This document shows positions 56,187 through 64,000 of a DNA stretch of 64,000 bases, in pieces. Every line of letters starts with the position of its first letter. Within the stretch, counting starts at the first letter, position 1. Origin of the DNA: a virus (lineage: Duplodnaviria > Caudoviricetes); the IMG/VR virus record IMGVR_UViG_3300010163_000018, positions 1 to 64,000 of that record; one strand, 5' to 3'. The position numbers and the translations under genes were made by a program. The notes beneath the pieces were generated by a model. The model ran no database searches. It saw only the letters and a list, made by a program, of their open reading frames with translations, and was not told the origin of the DNA.

Positions 56187-58193
56187 TTAGCCTCCGATTT
56201 CAGTTGAACCTGCATCAGCGTCAACAGTCTTAACAACACCAGCCTTGATATCAGGAACGATTTCAGTGTTCTTGAAGATTACGCGACCCTGGATACCCTG
56301 AACTGCGATTGTCTTGTACTGGGATGATGTTGTAACGAGAGCAGCCTGACCACCTGGATTGTTGATATCCTGGTAACCAGCATTCTCAGGTGAGTTTGTA
56401 AGGTGACGTGCGAAGCGGAGGTGCTTGTTTGTGATGTGGTGAGGATCCATCGGATATGCAACGATATTGAGGAAGTACTCTCTTGACATATCGCCCTCAG
56501 CAGAACCTTCCTGGTATGCAGGAATAAGCGTGTATGCATCAACACGGTTAGAAGCAACGACACGAATAGGAAGATCGGAATCTGTAACAAGGCCGTAGCT
56601 GTGATTCATCTTAACGCCGCCGATTTCTGTAGATTTCTTAACAGTCCATGATACAAAAGGATTGAGGAGTCTGCAAGCCTTAGGGTTGCCGTATACAACG
56701 AAGCCGAGGTTTTCAAGCTTGCCGCGGTCACTGAGCTCGTAGATTACAGAATTGATAGCATTGTAGATAGCATTTGATCTGTATTCGAAAGGATCACCAG
56801 CAAAGCCGGGAGAGATAGATGTAGGACTGAGGTCTACGTACTCTGTATGAGTATAGCTCTCGAGAGACCATATATCCGAATCATAGCCGTCGTACATATC
56901 AAACTGCTCATCAAGGAATTCAAGAATTGATTCATCCTCGAACAGCTCCTGATTGATGATAAGCTGCTGAACAAGTCTGTTGTAGAGATTGAAGTTAAGT
57001 GAAGTATTAGCTTCAGTAAAGTCTTCCACAGTGAAAGGAACCTGGAATCTGCAGCCATCGTCGATGAGGAACTTACGGATTTCAGGATACTCACGGAAGC
57101 CGATTGTTCTGAGGTTTGTTTCGTTTGAGATAGTGCCGTTTACATAGAGGCCTGTGATCTGACCGCATGCAGAAGCTGTAAGAGTACCCTTAACGAAATC
57201 AACGTAACCAGAAAGATGATCAGAGAAAGAAACTGTTTCACCAGTATTCTTGTTTGTTTCCGGATCAACAACGGGAAGCTTCATGTTCTCAGTAATACCG
57301 CCGTTAAGAAATACGCCGCCTGTCTGAATATCAATAGCAATACCAGCACCGGGGAGCTTTACCTTCTTACCGTCATACTGAATGTACTGAATGTTGAAGT
57401 TATAGGAAAGACGAGTACGCAGTGTCTTCTCGAAAGCGCCTGCAGAGCCCTGAGCTGGATACGGTGTACCATCGTCCTGGAGCAGGTGGTTGAACATATC
57501 ATATTTCTTATTAGGTGCATTTTTGATATCATCGAGCAGGATAGGATCCTTGTCATTGATTCTTACACCCTTACCAGCGTTATAGAGCTTCTTCCATGTA
57601 GGTGTGCCGTCAGGCTCCTTCTGCCAGTATACATGCGGTACTTCATACTCTTCGCCGGTCTGGTTGTTTACGAGATACTTGATAAGAATACGCTGTTCGA
57701 TGTTAACAGAGGATGTTGTCTGAACAGGCATAATCTCCTTGCCGAGGAAGCGGATATACTGCTTAATCAGTGCCGGGAAGTCGAGAGTTGCAAGAGGAAG
57801 ATATGTAGATGTATTGTAAGATTCCTGGATCAGGAAGCTCTTAACAGATTCATCCCACGCCTTGTCAAGCTGATGAGCAACGCTCTCAAGATGATACTTC
57901 TCACCGGGATCTGTTGCAGCATCAGCTGCCTCCATGAACTCTTGGAGAATAGGCTGAAGCATCTCCTCTTTGTATGAATTCATAATGTCGGGATTATCCA
58001 TCATCTTCTTGACATCTTTTCTGATATCAACGCCGTTATATGCATCCTTGATATTCATTGCAGCTTCCTGGAAGTTCTGATCGAAAGTATCGTTTAATGC
58101 GTCGAGTTCCGCTTCAGATAATGAATTCACCATATTCATCTGCTCCTGGAACCATGTTCCACGAGTACCTACTAATGATCTGTTGTAAGCCAT
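56187..58193 (-). CDS. Major capsid protein (jumbo-phage type) with ~124-aa propeptide
   Basis: 668 aa with the strongest codon bias in the window. Acidic helical N-terminus ending LIQE124|S, then YLPLATLDFPALIKQY...IMPVQT, typical of T4/phiKZ-like capsid N-arms. Downstream of the protease and scaffold-like genes. AAAGGAG RBS. Confidence 0.8.
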   Translation of the reverse strand: MAYNRSLVGTRGTWFQEQMNMVNSLSEAELDALNDTFDQNFQEAAMNIKDAYNGVDIRKDVKKMMDNPDIMNSYKEEMLQPILQEFMEAADAATDPGEKYHLESVAHQLDKAWDESVKSFLIQESYNTSTYLPLATLDFPALIKQYIRFLGKEIMPVQTTSSVNIEQRILIKYLVNNQTGEEYEVPHVYWQKEPDGTPTWKKLYNAGKGVRINDKDPILLDDIKNAPNKKYDMFNHLLQDDGTPYPAQGSAGAFEKTLRTRLSYNFNIQYIQYDGKKVKLPGAGIAIDIQTGGVFLNGGITENMKLPVVDPETNKNTGETVSFSDHLSGYVDFVKGTLTASACGQITGLYVNGTISNETNLRTIGFREYPEIRKFLIDDGCRFQVPFTVEDFTEANTSLNFNLYNRLVQQLIINQELFEDESILEFLDEQFDMYDGYDSDIWSLESYTHTEYVDLSPTSISPGFAGDPFEYRSNAIYNAINSVIYELSDRGKLENLGFVVYGNPKACRLLNPFVSWTVKKSTEIGGVKMNHSYGLVTDSDLPIRVVASNRVDAYTLIPAYQEGSAEGDMSREYFLNIVAYPMDPHHITNKHLRFARHLTNSPENAGYQDINNPGGQAALVTTSSQYKTIAVQGIQGRVIFKNTEIVPDIKAGVVKTVDADAGSTEIGG

Positions 58194-58247
58194 TATTAAA
58201 ACACTCCTTTTTATATTCTTTTATTGAAAATGATTTAGCATTTTCTA

Positions 58248-58865
58248 TTATTGACTATTTTTAATCTTCTTCAGATTGGTATCGATTTTCTTCAGTAGAA
58301 GAGTATACAAGCTATCTAACTTTTGATAGAAAAGAAGATTCTCACCATAACCAGAATCTACGAAATCATTGATAACGTATTTTTGTCCTTTGGATAAGGC
58401 GGACTTGAGTTGACCTATTGATTCATCATTACTCTTGACAACATCAGATGGAAGCAAGGGTACAATATCTTTGATGTCATTGAGAATTTCATCTATCTCA
58501 CTATTACGAGCAACCATCTTTTTATACAATTGCTCATTCAAGATATTATTAGCTTTATCAGAAAGCTTTGTATCCTTTTTATCAGCTTCTTCTTCACCAT
58601 CATCTGAGCTACCTGAAGAATCACCTCCGTCATCCATACCACCATCGCCATCGTCACCAGACATCGATGAAAAGTCCATACCACCATCGTCTTCATTTAA
58701 TGCGGGTGGATCACCAATATCTCCACCATCATCACCAGTATCAGTAGCAGGAGGGGCAATGTCTTCAGAGGGCATATCACCACCTGTGTCAGCCCCGCCT
58801 CCATCGAACGGTTGTAACTCGTCTCCGTCGGCTTCCATGACTGCAAAAAATAAACCTTTTGACAT
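58248..58865 (-). CDS. Acidic scaffold/head assembly protein
   Basis: AVME11|A, then a D/G-rich disordered tract and a helical C-terminus. Immediately upstream of the capsid gene. Confidence 0.55.
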   Translation of the reverse strand: MSKGLFFAVMEADGDELQPFDGGGADTGGDMPSEDIAPPATDTGDDGGDIGDPPALNEDDGGMDFSSMSGDDGDGGMDDGGDSSGSSDDGEEEADKKDTKLSDKANNILNEQLYKKMVARNSEIDEILNDIKDIVPLLPSDVVKSNDESIGQLKSALSKGQKYVINDFVDSGYGENLLFYQKLDSLYTLLLKKIDTNLKKIKNSQ

Positions 58866-58886
58866 TTCTATCCCCTCCTTTCTATA

Positions 58887-61800
58887 TTACCATGATTCAC
58901 GAGGATGTTTGATCTTAGAACCTGTGATACGCATGTAATTTTCTTCCATTTTACCTTTAAGACGCATATATTCAAATTTCGTCTTAACATCTTCAAGTTT
59001 ACTGGAATGATCCAGTTCACGTATCTTCTCATTAATGATTTTGAGCTCTGTTTCAAGCTCATGTTGCGCTTCCTTTTTGAGTCGCTGCTTGTCTGCAAGT
59101 TTGAGACCTTGGATACCAGCATATGCAGCAGCCAGATAAGGTTGTAATGTAAACAGGATACCAGTGGCTCCTAATTTCAGACCAACCCTTGCAGCTTTAT
59201 ATACTGACGAACGATAGCTCGGATTATCAAGAATCTCAGCTTTAACCTGATCTTCATCCCTTTTGATAAGGGAATCGACCGTTTTAGTCAGCCATTGTTT
59301 GGTTCTGGTAATGGGCTTAAGTACAGCTCTACCGGTATTAGCAACTTTCTGCACACCTTTCTTACCCTTCTGCTGAAGAGCCAGGGTTTTACGGTCTGCA
59401 TCCATTGCTTTTGTAAGTGTGTCCTCCTTAGGAGGTTTTCCAGCACCTTCTCCTTTTGACAGGGGCTCTTTGGATTCCAAGAACATAAACATCTCCTGAA
59501 TGGTTTGTCCAGAGGATAGTTTCTGTTTACCGTCCTTTTGGGCGATGGACTCCTTAGTGTCAGCAGGTTCGTTGCTATTATTATTATTGTTAGAACCCTT
59601 GCCGATTCCCTTCTTACTTCCACCTTCATTATGTGAGGAATCGTAAGTGTTGTGATGGGAACTGTTATTGTTGGAGTCTCTTGTGGTCTTTCCGGTGGAA
59701 TGATCATCGATGGTTGTTGTCTTAGTATTGTTGGAGTCCTTATTAAAGGAATTGGTATAGTTGTTCGTTATGTTGACGACAATCTTTCCATCAGCATCTT
59801 TCTTGTTCGGATTGTTTTCAAATCCGGAACCGAGCATATCCCCAAGGGTGTCTCCATCAGTATCCATTTTAGCATCAACCGAATCAGCAATGTCATCAAT
59901 GGGATTTGTAGGAACCCCTTCAGGCAGCGATGTTGGAGTAACTGTTGTCCTGAGATCATCGGACATCTTAAATCGAGTCTTCATGTACTCAGGTATTTCG
60001 CCCTTCTCCTGTTCCATTATTACTTGGAAATCGTCAAGATCGATAATACCATACTCCTTGACATATTTCTGAATGAACTTCTGTCTCATTTTGCAGCCAC
60101 GTCTTGCCTCGACCAATATTTCGCTCATGTCATCGAGCGCTTTTTCTGCGGCGTTTAACAGTGTTACTGGATTTTGTTTAAGCAGTTCTTGTTTTGACTT
60201 GAGAAGCTTGCGATAATCACGAATCGATCTTCTAAGGTCGTCAAACATTTTATCAATGTTTGTGTCTGTTCCGGCACAATATTCCATAGGAGTCGTTCCT
60301 ATTGATTTACAAGATTGATCAATCTCTTTCTTCAATTGATCATTGCTTTCTTTAATGGACTTTATTTTCTCGGAAAGACGTTCTGTTTGTTTTGTAAGAG
60401 CGTCCAAATCAGCAGGTGATAGACTCTTCATCTTTTTCTTTGCGATTTTTAATTCTTTACGGGCTTTTTCGTAGTCTTCTAATGCAAAATTTGAATCCAA
60501 TAACGTCTTTTCATTATCTTTGTATAAATGATTAAGAGCATTGATCGCCGTTCTCTTGGATGTATGTTCTGCAGCATATTTATCAGCAACATATTCAGTT
60601 CGCTGACGATCATGTTCATTTAATTGATTATGCTGTTTGCTGTCTTTAATGAACTTCTTCGCAAGAGCTTCTTGACCCTTTGCCTTATCCTCATCATATG
60701 AAGGATGTGTTGGACAACCGGCCATAACATTGATATGGTCATATGCAATATGCCCTTCTTCGTGTTTTAAAGCAAAAGCAGATTTCCACTCTTTCTGCTT
60801 TAAAGCTTTACGAGTAATATGAATCTCATATTTGCTGGGGTCAATCTTGAAATTTCCGGTTTCTTTGTCAATAACATAATCACCATTGGGATCCCTGACA
60901 ATCTGGTTTGTAACACAGGGTCCGTATATTTTAGCTATATCGTCATCGATCGAAAGTTTAACACGCATCTTCTCCTTACCACCAGGAAGATCAATGTCAG
61001 TTTTGATTGTATCAGTTTTGGGATCATAATCAAACTTCTTGAGCGTTCTCTTGAAATGAGTTTGTTTACTCTCCTGGAATACAAATGACTCTTGTGTTGT
61101 TTCGCCTTCATTAGAATCTTTCGGTTCTTCGTCAGGTGTAGCACTCTCAAGAGACTTGATGAAACCGAGCGAAGGTTCTATCCCAAGAATTTCCTTTGCA
61201 ATAGATGCGACCTTACGGGTATCATTAGATTCCTTGATATTCTTACCGATCAAGGGATTCATCTTGATTCCCTTAACAAGTTTGAGCATATCGTCAATCT
61301 TCTCTTGAAGATCTTTAAGAATTTCTACATCACTCGAATTGTACTTACCACAAGAACCACCTTTAGCAATATTAATATACTTTGCAGCCTGTTTAAGATT
61401 TCCCATTGTTTCGGACTTGAATATGTTTATACAAGCATTGTTCGTCCACTGTTTCTTCTTACTGAGGTCTTCGATTGTTTTCATGTCCCTCATAAGAAGT
61501 GAAATAGCAGTATTGAGTCTTTCGTTGTTGGTTTTGGTAGTTGCCTCTTGGAATACATAATCCGGGGAACCATCATAATATGCTTCTCTTACAAAAGATT
61601 CATCCTGGAGGAATTCAAGGTCGTCCTTCAGATCAACGATTCTTTTCGCAATAACAGCGATCTCTTTGACACGGGATTGAATCTTTGTATTATTGAACAG
61701 ATTCATGTGTTTAGACCAGTTAACTGGGTTAACCCAAAACAGTTTAACACATGCCCACAAGTCACCAGTAAGATCATTCAAATGGGTCAACGTTTTAAGT

Positions 61801-63596
61801 TGCTCATTGGTAAAGTTACCACTCTTACCTTTGATGGCCTTCTTTGTCCATTTATAAACCTGCTTTATATCAGTATGACCTTCAGTAGATCCAGTTACAT
61901 TTGGGAGCAAGGATAACACCATACCAGCAGTTGTTTTGTAACGATGAACAAATGAATTGTTATTCCAACGATGCTTCTTATCCATGTCAACGATCTTTTC
62001 CATCTCATCCATCAAAGCACTTACAGCCGTCTGAAGATTCTCACGCCTCTTTTCAACACTGGCTTCCTGGATAAGGTCCTCGAGCTGTTCATTGAGATCG
62101 TTAAATGATTCTCCGATATATGCATCGATAAGGAACGGTGACAGATTTGCATTGTACATCTTGTCAGAAATCGTTTCGATCTCTTTCTCAACAAGATAAC
62201 CATACTGTTCACAATACATCATATCAGATATTGACATATCGCCGAAGGAACGTAATTCATCAATAACAGATTCTGATACTGTTTTCGAAGTTTGTTTTGT
62301 GGTATCATTTGTATCGTTACCGGAACCATCATCATTTTTGTATGCTGCCTTGGTCCGAGAGTTCTTATTGATTCTGCCTCTTACATCTTTAACGAATCGA
62401 TCCTCATCATTAGTCGTACCTCCACGTACATTGTGGGCGATATCGAGATATATGCGTGAATCAAATATATTGAAAATTGTAAGAAGTGTATTGTTTGAAA
62501 TAGATGCATCGGGGTCATTGATGAGGTTAAGTTTGAAGAAGTCTTCAATGAACTTGATCGTTCCTTCCTTGTCTGATTTGAATGTAGAGAACAGATCATA
62601 TTTCTCAAATCTCTTAGCACCTTTATTCTGTTTGAGAATTGATTCATATGACTTATGGTAGTCTTCACACAAAACCGTATCAAACGGAAATTTCTTAGTA
62701 TTATTGAAGACTTTCACGAGGATATATGGAACTATGTTTTCGTCCAATTTAATACGTGTCCAGAAATAAAAGTCTTTACTAAAGAATTTAAGGAGATCTT
62801 CTGTTGTATCACATTTACGCAATTCCATAACCAAATCATCGGTAAATTTTTCAAACTCTTTAGATATTACCCACTTCTTTGACTTTTCGTTGTACTTAAT
62901 GTGTTCAGGTTTTGTCTTCTCGAAGTAATTCACTTCAGCAGCCTCTTGAACCGAGTCATCAACAAATATCTCAATGTCAACAAGATCCTGACGGTTGTAT
63001 ACTCTTTCAATCTCTTTTTCTTCATCCATGTCTTCAGGAAGAGAAATGAGATCATTTTTCATAATACCATCAACATAGATTTTCTCATCAAAGATTCTCT
63101 CTTCGATATCCAGTTCAGGGATCTCATCAAATTTCAAGGGTTCCGAAAAAGTATTGAGAACGTCTGCAATCTCGGACGGTTTGACGAATGCATTGAACGT
63201 GTATATACCGTTGATGAATTTAGTGAAGTCCTCGAAATTGTCAGCAATATGCTGAAGCATCTTGAAACCGACATATGAATCAATTGCTCCCGTGAGGGTA
63301 TCATTATTTGAATTTACAATAGTCTCGTATACTCCATCAGCGGGATTAATATCCTGAATGGTGTCGTTAATCATCTGGATTACTGCATTCACTTTAGACT
63401 CGTCTTCAAGCCATGTAGGATCAACTGTTTCGAGTCGTGTCATTACTCTTTCAACAATCGGCTCAAGCTGATAGTCCTCGTCAAGAACAGGAAAGTTCCT
63501 GACTTTGAATCCCGATTGAATGAATTCATTTAAGCTGTTTATAGCAGTCTGAATACCGGTGAAGTATTCATTTTTGATTATAATATTCTTGCTCAT
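58887..63596 (-). CDS. Large internal head protein/candidate polyprotein (1569 aa) with a duplicated domain and an HEEGH zincin module
   Basis: Motifs VQE218, IQE511, FQE684, TQE836/FQE842, IME1195/EQE1197 and IQE1368/LE1374. HEEGH at 60750-60764 followed by EYVADKYA. GGAGG RBS. Confidence 0.65.
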   Translation of the reverse strand: MSKNIIIKNEYFTGIQTAINSLNEFIQSGFKVRNFPVLDEDYQLEPIVERVMTRLETVDPTWLEDESKVNAVIQMINDTIQDINPADGVYETIVNSNNDTLTGAIDSYVGFKMLQHIADNFEDFTKFINGIYTFNAFVKPSEIADVLNTFSEPLKFDEIPELDIEERIFDEKIYVDGIMKNDLISLPEDMDEEKEIERVYNRQDLVDIEIFVDDSVQEAAEVNYFEKTKPEHIKYNEKSKKWVISKEFEKFTDDLVMELRKCDTTEDLLKFFSKDFYFWTRIKLDENIVPYILVKVFNNTKKFPFDTVLCEDYHKSYESILKQNKGAKRFEKYDLFSTFKSDKEGTIKFIEDFFKLNLINDPDASISNNTLLTIFNIFDSRIYLDIAHNVRGGTTNDEDRFVKDVRGRINKNSRTKAAYKNDDGSGNDTNDTTKQTSKTVSESVIDELRSFGDMSISDMMYCEQYGYLVEKEIETISDKMYNANLSPFLIDAYIGESFNDLNEQLEDLIQEASVEKRRENLQTAVSALMDEMEKIVDMDKKHRWNNNSFVHRYKTTAGMVLSLLPNVTGSTEGHTDIKQVYKWTKKAIKGKSGNFTNEQLKTLTHLNDLTGDLWACVKLFWVNPVNWSKHMNLFNNTKIQSRVKEIAVIAKRIVDLKDDLEFLQDESFVREAYYDGSPDYVFQEATTKTNNERLNTAISLLMRDMKTIEDLSKKKQWTNNACINIFKSETMGNLKQAAKYINIAKGGSCGKYNSSDVEILKDLQEKIDDMLKLVKGIKMNPLIGKNIKESNDTRKVASIAKEILGIEPSLGFIKSLESATPDEEPKDSNEGETTQESFVFQESKQTHFKRTLKKFDYDPKTDTIKTDIDLPGGKEKMRVKLSIDDDIAKIYGPCVTNQIVRDPNGDYVIDKETGNFKIDPSKYEIHITRKALKQKEWKSAFALKHEEGHIAYDHINVMAGCPTHPSYDEDKAKGQEALAKKFIKDSKQHNQLNEHDRQRTEYVADKYAAEHTSKRTAINALNHLYKDNEKTLLDSNFALEDYEKARKELKIAKKKMKSLSPADLDALTKQTERLSEKIKSIKESNDQLKKEIDQSCKSIGTTPMEYCAGTDTNIDKMFDDLRRSIRDYRKLLKSKQELLKQNPVTLLNAAEKALDDMSEILVEARRGCKMRQKFIQKYVKEYGIIDLDDFQVIMEQEKGEIPEYMKTRFKMSDDLRTTVTPTSLPEGVPTNPIDDIADSVDAKMDTDGDTLGDMLGSGFENNPNKKDADGKIVVNITNNYTNSFNKDSNNTKTTTIDDHSTGKTTRDSNNNSSHHNTYDSSHNEGGSKKGIGKGSNNNNNSNEPADTKESIAQKDGKQKLSSGQTIQEMFMFLESKEPLSKGEGAGKPPKEDTLTKAMDADRKTLALQQKGKKGVQKVANTGRAVLKPITRTKQWLTKTVDSLIKRDEDQVKAEILDNPSYRSSVYKAARVGLKLGATGILFTLQPYLAAAYAGIQGLKLADKQRLKKEAQHELETELKIINEKIRELDHSSKLEDVKTKFEYMRLKGKMEENYMRITGSKIKHPRESW

Positions 63597-63597
63597 A

Positions 63598-64000
63598 TTA
63601 GAAACCTCCCTCCATAATTATGGAAAGAGCTTCCTTACGAATATCCCCTCTTAACGGAACATGAATCTTGGACTTGCATTGTTCAAATACAATACTTCCG
63701 TTGTCAATACCCATAATCTCATCAGTCGAGAACTGGAAAGCTTCACACACAACCTGCATTGTCTCATCCTTCTCGCAACAATACTTTGCCAGTTCCTTAA
63801 GGAATACAACAGAACCTTCCATATGTACTGCGGGTTTGATATCTGCTTCTGCACCATCATGCGATGGAAAGTCCACCATGTCAAACGTAATAACCTTTGA
63901 CACACTCATATTAGGCTGAGTGGGTGATGCATTAGGAATCATGTTGCCAAGCAAACGAACCGAGAAACAAGGTACGGCACCGATATCCATTATTTCAGAA
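63598..64000 (-). CDS. Prohead (capsid maturation) serine protease, T4 gp21/phiKZ gp175-like; 5'-truncated by the window edge
   Basis: The frame is open to the window end (SEIMDIG...). AVPCFSVRLLG and ITFDMVDFPSHDGA parallel T4 gp21 IPGVSSRGLG and D.V.GPSAP.A. The C-terminus ends IME|GGF. Confidence 0.75.
   Translation of the reverse strand, partial: SEIMDIGAVPCFSVRLLGNMIPNASPTQPNMSVSKVITFDMVDFPSHDGAEADIKPAVHMEGSVVFLKELAKYCCEKDETMQVVCEAFQFSTDEIMGIDNGSIVFEQCKSKIHVPLRGDIRKEALSIIMEGGF

Noticed and set aside
57216-57977. Long antisense ORFs (253 aa opposite the capsid gene; also 40486-41178, 54479-54904, 58435-58938, 36743-37210)
   Set aside because: Shadow ORFs are expected opposite codon-biased or low-complexity genes. 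They have no RBS and no recognisable motifs.
1-64000. Stop-codon reassignment, as in some gut jumbo phages
   Set aside because: Standard-code ORFs cover almost the whole window, including 8-kb and 4.7-kb genes. TAA and TGA both end genes. The two interruptions have other explanations.
1-64000. tRNA, rRNA or CRISPR arrays
   Set aside because: Intergenic gaps are short and explained by promoters, RBSs and hairpins. I saw no cloverleaf or regularly spaced repeats, but a tRNAscan/Infernal run would be needed to exclude small RNAs.

Overview
This window looks like part of a jumbo myophage genome of the phiKZ/AR9 type, encoding its own multisubunit RNA polymerase. It is AT-rich, uses the standard genetic code, and has strong GGAGG ribosome-binding sites. 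Those sites and the tail-associated peptidoglycan hydrolase domains suggest a Gram-positive (Firmicutes) host, which is inference. Layout from left to right: (1) 0.4-9.7 kb holds replication, transcription and early genes. These are a gyrB split into two genes with a hairpin between them, a stand-alone RNAP beta' C-terminal subunit, a degenerate 5'-3' exonuclease-fold protein, and two tandem BCS1-like AAA+ ATPases followed by a 37-aa membrane peptide. (2) 9.8-35.3 kb is a tail/baseplate block with a glycine-rich/lectin fibre, a triplicated ~1000-aa + ~180-aa cassette, a baseplate wedge and fibre proteins. (3) 35.3-41.3 kb holds candidate internal-head proteins and a RusA resolvase; one head gene is broken at an A9 run. 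(4) 41.3-44.7 kb is an accessory/early island. (5) 44.7-64 kb, mostly on the minus strand, carries a 2705-aa tape-measure protein with four hydrolase-type domains, a neck-like protein, the major capsid protein, a 1569-aa head protein and the 3' end of a T4 gp21-like prohead protease. The most notable candidate system is a hydrophobic-(Q/M)-E|(A/S/G) motif that recurs in the capsid and head proteins. In the 1569-aa protein next to the protease it marks apparent domain boundaries, suggesting a protease-processed virion polyprotein that includes a duplicated domain and a zinc-metalloprotease module. Also notable are an ATATATTATT-N4-TGAA promoter motif, usually followed by a stem-loop, and a family of GGGGC/GCCCC hairpins. 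No tRNA, rRNA, CRISPR array, integrase, transposase or reverse transcriptase was recognised. All family assignments come from reading motifs by eye, not from database searches.
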